Of a stretch of DNA of 64,000 bases, positions 41,804 through 52,130 are shown piece after piece. The DNA is taken from positions 14,696,001-14,760,000 of the forward strand of contig NC_087251.1 of NCBI RefSeq assembly GCF_037042905.1, written 5' to 3'. Numbering within the stretch: position 1 is the first letter of the stretch; every line of letters begins with the position of its first letter. The notes beneath the pieces are model-generated. The model saw only the letters and a program-made list of their open reading frames with translations, did not search any database and was not told the DNA's origin. The stretch is from Lytechinus pictus. Its lineage: Eukaryota. The translations under genes were made by a program, and so were the position numbers.

Positions 41804-42719
41804 CAGAGGCGTAAACCGCCGGGGGCATGCAGGCTGGCCCTTGATCCCCGGTCCAGTGGATTTCACCAAAAAAAAAACGGGATAAGAGAAAAGGAATGAA
41901 GGAAGGAAAAGAAAGAAAGAAAGAAAGAAAGAAAGACAGAAAGAGAAAGGGAAGAGAAATAAAAGGCCATAAAAAAGCAAAAGGAAAGAAAAATGCATGC
42001 GAGAATAATTCCGAATGTTATGTCAAAATCTATTGCAAAATTGATATTTGTAATAAAAGTGACAAAGGTTTTGCTCGCTCGCCTCTTCATCTGGTAGGCG
42101 CGTAGCTAGGGGCGGTGCCCCCCGAAAAGGTCCCTCCCCCCCAAAAAAAATAAGGAGGGAATAGAGAAAATAAAAAGCAAAATGAGAAAAGGGGGATGTA
42201 TATAACTTAGTTTATAATTGTTTTTCCTTTTTTGGGGGGGAAGGGGTCAAAACATTAACGTTATGTTTTTCTATAAATAGGTCTAATTGCTAAATATCCA
42301 GAGTTATCGAGACCCACCTGCTGATATTGCACTGGGGGTACACGATGGAAGGGTTAGGCCTAGGGGCCCCCGAAAGTTCTACAACCAAGATAAAAAAGAA
42401 ATGAAGGGAATTAATGAAAAGAAAAGGAAAAGTGTAAGTTAAGATATCTATCTCAAATTTAGATTTGCACGAAAAGTTTTTTTCTCGCTTGCTTCACTCG
42501 CTTGGAACATATAAAGCAACTTTATTCCCACGCACCATGTATGCCTACATTGGCCCTCTTTCTTTCTTTTATTTTATTTTTTTTTTACTCATCACGCTAC
42601 CGTACTGCCACACACGGGTTTGCCCTAATGATCGTGGACAATCATAAAAAATATCATTTTCATACCATGTGACTGGGAAATTTTTGGCTCCACCCCCCCC
42701 CCCCCCTCTCGATCCCTGT
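41804..42719. mobile_element. Degenerate relative of the hAT-like element at 17494-19115
   Basis: Starts CAGAGGCGTAAAC; shares GGATTTCACC, purine tracts, GCTCGCT motifs, GGAAGGGTT.GGCC and a poly-C end. Confidence 0.55.
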
Positions 42720-43542
42720 ATCGATTTTGACTTGATAGGGGCCTATACCTGATGGAATTAGCTTCATTCAATATAAAATCATAACGGATAGAACGCCTTG
42801 AATACAGGCCAAACAGCCTAACGACATTGCCGTGTCACGTGACAACCAGTATTAAACGAGAATGTGCACAACCCTATGGCGACAAAATTTGCCGCAAAAG
42901 TTGAGCAAGTTCTGGACAAAAAGGCTTCAATACCCCAAGAAAAGACCAGGCGAGTACTATTTATACATTTTTTCAATTTAGTAATATCTAGAGTCTAATT
43001 TAAGAACATATTTCGTCATGGAGCTCCATGGTAAGATCAAGTAATTTAAGTCCAACATTTAATTCGCGTGCACTCACTTTTTTAACACAGGAATTAATAG
43101 CCTTGGTGCTTAGAGTGCCCACTGACATTGTCAATGATTTTAACTTTACCGGTACGCTACCGGTGCAGTAGACCAAAAGCTTCAGTCTCTGTATTTTGGT
43201 TGTTCCGCTGAACTGCGTTGGCTCACTGACAGTAAAATGTCAGAAATTGTTGAATAAATCCCCAGAAACGACGGTTATTCCTGTCTACCGGTGCAGCTGC
43301 AGTTTATTTGACGGGAAATAATAAGATGGCAAATATAGCGATCTTCAACGCTTATATATAAGCGTCGAAATTTGTAGCCATCTCCTTGTATTAGTCTATA
43401 ATATACGACGTGTCAAATTGTAGCGAACTAGTTCGCCATTTCCAGATCTCCTCTATATATATATATACGAGGGGGAATTGTAGCGAACTAGTTCGCTATT
43501 TTCCAGATCTCCTCTACACAAAGAAGAATTGTACAGGAAACC

Positions 43543-43651
43543 CGCGCATGCGCGATACGCTCGTTCGATCGCCAGCGTAGTGCGTGACGTCATGTTTCAT
43601 TCACAAATCTTGAGCTGTGATCTCATTGGGTGTTTTGGCTCTCATTTGCAT
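43543..43651 (+). promoter_or_regulatory. Promoter-like motif cluster inside the left TIR
   Basis: NRF1-like CGCGCATGCGCG (43543-43554), CRE TGACGTCA (43585-43592), inverted CCAAT (43625-43629), octamer ATTTGCAT (43644-43651); donor GTAAGT at 43834. Confidence 0.45.
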
Positions 43652-45039
43652 ATTTTCCCATAATACAAAACCTATGTAGTGCGAGAAGTTTCTCTGCGAA
43701 CCACCGATCAACCTCATACTAAACACGACGTATTTCCTTCAAGATTCCGAGTTGAAAATCTCATTTTCTTCATACGGTGTAGCTACATTACCTCGGAAAA
43801 TCTGATGATATTTTGCGGACTTCTCGTCATTTGGTAAGTCATATTTTTGAAGATATTTACCGTCGAGTAGTGAAAATCGCATGACTGTGTTCGTTGTTTA
43901 CTGTGTATCAATGTGTGCAAAGTGTATGTTAGCGACATGTATGGATACAAAGCGACATACGGAAAACCGTCTACACCGATGTTGATTTTGTGGACTGTTT
44001 TGCGGTGGTGTTTGTGCTAGCCCGCATTGGTGTATTTTAAGCATGGCGAGCGTTGCATTGTGATCGGGCTTCGCTCGGGTGTTCGTGAAGGGCCGTGGAA
44101 TGCGTGTGGAGCTCGGCCATGCGGCCTTGGGGCGTGAATGTAATGAATGGCAGCTGCACCTGTTGTTTGTATGCCTCTGAAATTGAAGCTCTCTTTCTAT
44201 TTATGGCATGGCGAATATCCTAGTGTTTTAGGAATATAAGTTTGGGCATTTTATTTGTTGGGACTTTCGTGATACTGATTTTACTTTTAAAACTGGACAC
44301 TGATTTTTTTTTTTCGGTAAAGCCAGGGACAATCAATGGAATTGTTGAGACATGATAATATATCATAGAGCTATAGCTCTATGATAATATCAATAATTAT
44401 AGACCCTACAGAAATACAGGAAATTAAATTGAAAAATAATGCAAATTATAATCACTGAAGTGCGGATGTGTACCAAATTGATATGGATGGAGATTGATTT
44501 TGATTTTGTTTCCTTCAGTATTTTTTTTTGCAAAAATCAAATATTTTCCTGCCCTGTTCTTTTTCTTATCAATTTTTTTTTTATCTTTGAATTACCAATT
44601 ATGACAGCAATAAATCAAACTCAAAAGTTCAAACTAGTATGGTCTATTTTCATTGTATAATCTACAGCATAATCCGAAGATGACTGACACTGATTGAAAG
44701 ACTGTATTTCACAAGACCCAAAGGACAAAGGTCGAGAGCTACAAGTTCATATCGCATTTTACAACTGCTCAAGAAGGTGAAGGATTTGGGGATCACTAAA
44801 TCAAGACGACGATATTCGGATATAAAAACAATTTTATTTTTATATGAGATAATCTTTCAACTTTATTTTTACTTAAAATTGAAGAAGTGAATAATCTATA
44901 AAAATTATGAATATGATGCTGAGAAGGATCGAAAACCATTATCTGTCAACAATGATGCACTGTAAAAATGCTATTATGTATATATGGTCATAATGTTCTT
45001 GTGATTTATTTGTAATTAATTTATGTATTATGTTGTTTC

Positions 45040-45262
45040 ACTGTTGAAAATAATTCAAACAATGTTTAATATGTGAATTGCATAGTAGTTTAAACATTTT
45101 AAACAAGTGTTTAAGAACTTTATAAACAACAAAGTTTAAACTCTAATATTTAATCATCAATAAATAAAGCATGGTTGTTTAAGATTTTGAACACTTATTT
45201 AAACTGTTTAAACTACTATGGGATTCACACAGTAAACAGCATTGTTTGAATTATTCTTAACA
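45040..45262. mobile_element. AT-rich foldback MITE relic
   Basis: TGTTGAAAATAATTCAAACAATG...CATTGTTTGAATTATTCTTAACA and inner ATAGTAGTTTAAACA / TGTTTAAACTACTAT arms. Confidence 0.65.
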
Positions 45263-45547
45263 TATATATATATATATGCTCAATAAATTCTTATGCATTA
45301 AATTTGCCTTCAATAAGAATTTCCAGTTCAGTATGAATTATACAAAAAACATGGAATTCTGGAATGACATTCACTTTCACGGAATACATGTAAAAACACT
45401 GTTCATGAAAAGTATAATGAAAATCATCAAAAATAAATTAAAGCCAAACTGTAAAGAGTAAGCCAACCCCTATATCATGATTTCTTTTAATAAAGATTTA
45501 ACAATTTGCAACTGCATCAACTTTATTATTTTTATATGTCACTATAA

Positions 45548-45708
45548 TACCCCAGTCACATTTCCCCTACGGCGGCCGTACGGCAAGTCGAAAACAGCAG
45601 TTTAACATTATTTTGTACCAGTGTACATATACATGGTTTGAATAAAAATGAATAAAACGGCCGTTTTCGACTCGCCGTACGACCGCCGTAGAGCAAATGT
45701 GACTACTA
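45548..45708. mobile_element. Small palindromic MITE, copy 1
   Basis: AGTCACATTT...GTACGGCAAGTCGAAAAC / GTTTTCGACTCGCCGTAC...AAATGTGACT; same family as 45923-46089. Confidence 0.8.
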
Positions 45709-45922
45709 TACTAAGGACGTCAAAATTTAAAGAACATCTTTTAATGGAAAACTGGAAAGGATTGATATAAAGTCCAACGAAGTTACTTAAAGCCAGATTT
45801 ATTCACATATTGATCAATTAATTTACCCCATATTTTCTACATCTTTTGAAATTGTGATTTAATTTTCTGAATGCGTGTTTTAGTTCTGTCAACCATTGTT
45901 TTTCATGTCTATGACATACTCG

Positions 45923-46089
45923 TACCTCGATCGGTCACATTTGCCGCACGGCGAGTCGAAAACAGCATTTTTATTCATTTTTATACATGGATAAACCACC
46001 AATATGTAGCTGGTACAAAAACAATATTAAAACGACTGTTTTCGACTCGCCGTACGGCCGCCGGAGAGCAAAATAATGTGACCGAGGTA
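45923..46089. mobile_element. Small palindromic MITE, copy 2
   Basis: TACCTCG...GGTCACATT...ACGGCGAGTCGAAAACAG / CTGTTTTCGACTCGCCGT...AATGTGACCGAGGTA. Confidence 0.8.
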
Positions 46090-46328
46090 TAAGGACATAG
46101 CCCCTCGGTCCGTGAAATCCCAAGATCAATTGTTCCGAGGCTTCCAAATAATTAATGGACTTCTGCATTCATTAGACGGGGTCCCAAACTTCTCTTTATA
46201 AATTGAATGTTTTTCAATTTCAGATATAATTAATATAACTTTCATAAATAATAGCTTTCTGTTAAAGTTTATAATTCGTATCCAATTATTTCGTTTTTAA
46301 TATGAATTATAAGTATTTTCATTTGTTT

Positions 46329-46532
46329 CAGGGGCGGATCCAGGATTTTTTAAAGGGTTTCAACCAAAAATAATTAGGGGGATTTGGTCTTCACTTTCTA
46401 AAGGGGGGGGGGGGGCACGCTTCTGTTTTAACACCATTTTTAAATTACAAATTTTACTTGTGCCTCTCAATGGTGGGGGGGGGCGCACGGGCCGGCCGTG
46501 CCCCCCCCCCCCCCCCCCCGGATCCGCCAGTG
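46329..46532. mobile_element. hAT-like MITE
   Basis: CAGGGGCGGATCC...GGATCCGCCAGTG; flanks ATTTGTTT / ATTTTTAT (6 of 8 match). Confidence 0.7.
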
Positions 46533-48517
46533 ATTTTTATTGTTCTTTCATTTGTTCACCCATGATCACGAATGTTTTCATAATGCATACATGTACCTCA
46601 CGATTTTTTTTTAAATACGATTCTAAATGTTATGAAAATAGTTCGACAGGCCTATTTTTTTTTGCGTACCACACTCATGGAGCTATACTGTTGCTACTCT
46701 GCATCAGCGTGTAGTGTGCGAGGGGGGGGGGGGTAGGATGGTCGCAAAGAGCGATCGAGCAAAAGAGAAAGTGGTCCATAAATGAAGAGGGGATGTTGAG
46801 AATTGAGATCATGTGTGTGTGTTTGGGGGGGGGGGTGTTCGAAGCGAATGTTGTCACTGCTGATTACGATGATGGTTGATTAATGTTTACATCTTAATTT
46901 GGGCGATTTTGGAAATGTTTTCTTGTACTGGGGAGAGGTGAGTGATTCAGTAAGTTTCCATAGAAGTGCAGTTTTAAAGTTACAGAAGAGGATTTCACCC
47001 AATGAAGGGAATTCGGGAAACACCATTTTCAAGCAATACTAATTCGATCACGTGCCATCGGCTTTAGGGCCGAGTGTTCTCGTTCACATTCCAACTATCA
47101 TTTCATAAATAGGCACTCTTACAAATTAGGCCGATGCCGTTGTAAAGATAACTATTTTTGAAGCGTTATTCAGATATAAAATATATAAAGACAATTAAAA
47201 TTGAACAATTCATCGAAATTTCCAACGATATTCAAATAAAAATAGTATCAACTCGTGTAGAGATAGGGGTGAACAGACGAAATACATGCTCCTAAACGTT
47301 CAGACAAATCAATTAACTTGATATCTATATCTTTCGATGAATTGTTCAATTCCATCAGAAATATGCTGCATGAAGTCTTGTCAGATTGTTGAATGTGAAC
47401 TTCTATTGGAATCTGTTGAATCACGTACCCCTCCCGATCCAAGGTATATATTTCCCAATCACCATAGATAACATACGGTTACATAATATTGTATCTTATT
47501 TACATTGTTAGGTACTGACGATATCTTCATAAATACATTCACAATTATTTCATGAAATGTCACCATTGCCGTGGCTGTGACATGTTAAAGCCTGAAAGCT
47601 ATTACATAAAATATTGTTTGCACTTTGATATAATAGAGGTCAGATATATTCTTGTCATCGAATATAAACATTCCATTATTATGCACCATGTTTCAAAATG
47701 GGTAAGAAAATTACATTACCATCGGCATCCAGATAATTAGTCCATGATTAGACCAGGGAGATCGGAGTCTACCCCTTTTTTTGGAATTTCTATTTTCTCA
47801 GCACATCGGAGTGAGGAAAAACCACCAAAAACCCTATATTGGTATTAAATGATAACCATTTATTGTAAACAACGTTTAGGACTGAGGGAATTGGGGGAGA
47901 GGGTATGGGGAGGGAGAGTATTTCATTTTCCAATAAAATGCAAAAGTATAATATTTTCGTGAACATGAACGAAATAAACAAAAAGTTAATAGCTCAACAT
48001 CTTTATTGAATTGTTCAGTAGAACAATAATACTAGCTGTAATAATGTTAAAAACATTTCAGTCATTGTAATTACATGTGTTTCATCAATCTCAATATATT
48101 GACAATGAAAATAATTTTTTAATATAGAAAATATATTTTATATGACTATTGTGAATTTTAAATAATCCCATTTTAGATCGTTGATTAAACCACCTTTCTG
48201 AAAACAATCACTTTGATATCTCATGTAAAATCAATTTTAGATAAAAAAAATATTTTCTGTTAAAATTGATTTCTAAGATTCCTGTCTGAAAGTTGATGAA
48301 ACACCTTAGCTCGAGTAGAAATGCATAATACAAAGATATTGAATACTCAAACTCTTATAATGATATTGTCCAGCAAAACAGAAAATTGTCAAATAGTTAA
48401 TGAAAAATAATTGAATTATAAACCAACAATTAAGTCAAATAGAATATGAAAATTATAACACACAATCCCGTCACATTCGTTCTCACTCTCGTAGTTGTAG
48501 GATGGGGGGGGGGGGGT

Positions 48518-48729
48518 GGGGTCGGGCGTCCGGACACTATATTTTTGAAGCCTTCTTTTTTGTCTTTGCATTACACTAAAAGTATGAATTCAATGGTTGT
48601 AATCATCTTGTTCTCCATAATATTTCCTAATATCTTGTACTAAAAATTGATGAAACTTCGCTTGTAAATTTTTCCAAATGACTCTAAAATTGATCGTCCG
48701 GACACACAACCTGTCCATACAACTGGGTA
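48518..48729. repeat. Dispersed ~210 bp repeat, copy 2
   Basis: Match to 36676-36885. Confidence 0.85.
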
Positions 48730-49354
48730 GACTCATGCTAGTCTAGAAGCACTCCCACACTCCAGACAAAGTGTCACAAGTACATGAATTCTCGTAAGCA
48801 CACAGAAAATACAACTTATAATATGCTCTAATAAAATGTAGTAATGTACTGCCTTTCAGGGTTCAAACATCCTACAAATACACTCTTTTATAACATCAAA
48901 TGATTCTATTAAAAAACAAAGTTAATTTATGAAGTCTGCGCCGAGCATCTAATCATAAGGCAGTCTACCAGGAAATTCATCTATCGCGGGGGCAACGCAG
49001 AATTCAGTACAGACAAGCATACATGTACATTAAATACGCTGTGCACTGTACTCTATGCAAATACAATTTATGCAAGCGACCTTCGGCCTTGCGTAACCCG
49101 ATGAAAACCACATGTTTTGCTTAGACTTCGGACACTGCCTGCCGAAGTGCCGATATCATCCGAACATGCGCCCGAAATCTACACGCTGGCATCTTTACCC
49201 GACAGAGTGTTGTGCTCCGTGAGTCAGCCGATCGCGCGGTGTAAAGATTCTCACACACAGCGCTGGGCGAGGAAGGGAAGAGGGTCGCGCGATCAGCCAA
49301 TCAGCGTGCAGGGAATCCGTCTACTGTGTGCCTATGGGGAAAGTTCTTCGTGCT

Positions 49355-51240
49355 CTATATACAAACGACGGGAAATTGTAGCGAACTAGTTCGCTATTTT
49401 TCGGATCTCCTCGATATATACACGAGGGGAATTGTAGCGAACTAGTTCGCTATTTTCCAGATCTCCTCTATATACAAACGACGGGAAATTGTAGCGAACT
49501 AGTTCGCTATTTTTCGGATCTCCTCGATATATACACAAGGGGAATTGTAGCGAACTAGTTCGCTATTTTCCAGATCTCCTCTATATACATACTACGGGAT
49601 TTGTAGCGAACTAGTTCGCTATTTTTCGGATCTCCTCGATATGTACACGAGGGGGAATTGTAGCGAACTAGTTCGCTATTTTTTTATTTTTCCAGATCTC
49701 CTCTATATACATACGACGGGATTTGTAGCGAACTATATACGAGGGGGCATTGTAGCGAACTAGTTCGCTATTTTTTTTATCTCCTCTATATATACACCAG
49801 GGGGGAATTGTAGCAAACTAGTTCGCTATTTTTCGGATCTCCTCTACATGTATACGACAGGAAATTGTTGCAAACTAGTTCGCCATTTCTCATCTCCTCT
49901 CTAAAATATAAACATGGCAAACTGTAGCGAACTAGTTGGCAATTTTTCTGATCTCTTCATATACACGAGGGGGAAATTGTAGCGAACTAGTTGTCATTTT
50001 TTCCAAAGCTTACATTATTGTGAAGGCTTCAAAGTGAAAATCTGCAGGTTTTGGCTGTATATATTGATGCCATATTGTCAAATTGTAGCAGACTAGTTCG
50101 CTATTTTCCAGATCTCCTCTATATATATATACGAGGGGGAATTGTAGCGAACCAGTTCGCTATTTTCCAGATCTCCTCTATATCCATACGACGGGATTTG
50201 TAGCTAACTAGTTCGCTACTTTTCGGATCTCCTCTATAAAATTATATACACGAGGGGGAATTGTAGCGAACTAGTTCGCTACAATTCCGTCTCTTGTATA
50301 TATAAAGATTAGAAAAATAGCGAACTAGTTCACTAATTCCTCCTCGTGTATAAAATTTTATAGAGGAGATCCGAAAAATAGCAAACTAGTTCGCTACAAT
50401 TTTCCGTCGTATATATAAAGAGGAGATCCAAAAAATAGCGAACTAGTTCGCTACAAAAGAAGAGATCCGAAAAATAGCGAACTAGTTCGCTATAATTTCC
50501 CGTCGTATATATATAAAGAGGAGATCTGGAAAATAGCGAACTAGTTCGCTATGATTTCCCGTCGTATATATAGGGAGAGGAAATCCGAAAAATAGCGAAC
50601 AAATCCCGTAGTATGTATCTAGAGGAGATCTGGAAAATAGCGAACTAGTTCGCTACAATTCCCCCTCGTGTATATATCGAGGAGATCCGAAAAATAGCGA
50701 ACTAGTTCGCTACAATTTTCTGTCGTATATAGAGGAGATCCGAAAAATAGCGAACTAGTTCGCTACAAAAGAAGAGATCCGAAAAATAGCGAACTAGTTC
50801 GCTACAATTTCCCGTCGTATATATATATAGAGGAGATCTGGAAAATAGCGAACTAGTTCGCTACAATTTCCCGTCGTATATATATATAGAGGAAATCCGA
50901 AAAATAGCGAACTAGTTCGCTACAAATCCCGTACTCCGTAGTATGTATCTAGAGGAGATCTGGAAAATAGCGAACTAGTTCGCTACAATTCCCCCTCGTG
51001 TATATATATCGAGGAGATCCGAAAAATAGCGAACTAGTTCGCTACAATTTCCCGTCGTTTGTATATAGAGGAGATCTAGAAAATAGCGAACTAGTTCGCT
51101 ACAATTCCCCCTCGTATATATATATATAGAGGAGATCTGGAAAATAGCGAACTAGTTCGCTACAATTCCCCCTCGTATATATATATATATAGGCCTAGAG
51201 GAGATCTGGAAATAGCGAACTAGTTCGCTACAATTTGACA
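49355..51240. repeat. Minisatellite of ~55-60 bp units with core palindrome TAGCGAACTAGTTCGCTA; orientation inverts at 50272/50273
   Basis: About 33 full or partial cores counted by eye. Unit TTGTAGCGAACTAGTTCGCTATTTTCCAGATCTCCTC-(TA)n-linker runs forward to 50272, then as the reverse complement. Confidence 0.95.
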
Positions 51241-52029
51241 CGTCGTATATTATAGACTAATACAAGGAGATGGCTACAAATTTCGACGCTTATATATAAG
51301 CGTTGAAGATCGCTATATTTGCCATCTATAAAATACCGTATTTGACGATCTGCATATTCCCTACATGTATGATAACGTGTGGGACCGAACATAAACTCAA
51401 GATCTAAAATCGTGCTCGAAACAAGTATTTTTACCAGTTATAATGTTATTTACTCATATATTGCAACTCACATTTCTTTCCTTACAAGGACAGCGTGATT
51501 TCGAACAACATTCAATATGTTTTTCAACATTTTTATCGCAAATTTGAAACCGAATTGTGAGGAAATCCGACAGTTCTGTGACCCTCTGTTTAAGGTGTCG
51601 CCGATCATCAAAAATAAAAAAATTGTGCACTGATCTGACGTACTGGATGGAAATGTCAAAGCCCGGTTGACTCCAGTATAACGTTAGTCAGGGCTGGAAA
51701 CGGGTCGGGAACAAAAAGTTCAATAATTTCCTCTGAAATCTTCTGACGAAAATGTTATCACTCCATTCCCCCCCCCCCCCCTAATCAAGGCCAGGGGCCA
51801 AAAAAAAATGTAGACACTTTTATATAATTTAAAATATATTTTTACAATTTCACATTTTCCTTAAGAAGTGAATTTGTTTAATTGCTGCGACTGGCCTAGT
51901 GAAATTTTACACAAATATTATGACTCTCATTATTATGCGCATATACTATCAATAAAATATATTTTGATACTTTGTTACTAGACACTCATTAATTTTCTGA
52001 ATCTGCTCAGGACAAGTTCCTACTAATGA

Positions 52030-52130
52030 TACATCATCATCATCAACAACATCACCATCTTCACCATCACCATCATCCTTGTCATCATCGTCATATCATT
52101 ATCATCAACAACATCAAAATCATCATTGTA
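52030..52130. repeat. (CAT/CAC)n low-complexity tract
   Basis: Explains the poly-His ORF 52026..52295. Confidence 0.85.

Larger units (their letters stand above)
43324..51327. mobile_element. ~8.0 kb long-TIR (foldback-type) element without identifiable transposase
   Basis: 43324-~43515 (AGATGGCAAATATAGCGATCTTCAACGCTTATATATAAGCGTCG...) is the near-perfect reverse complement of ~51130-51327; flanks ATAATA / ATAAAA. Confidence 0.85.

Noticed and set aside
47248..47790. Decayed coding cargo in the 8 kb element
   Set aside because: Short frames broken by stops, with no family recognisable by eye.
49355..51240. CRISPR array (palindromic repeat at regular spacing)
   Set aside because: The intervening sequences are variants of each other rather than unique spacers, the orientation flips, no cas genes are present, and the context is eukaryotic.
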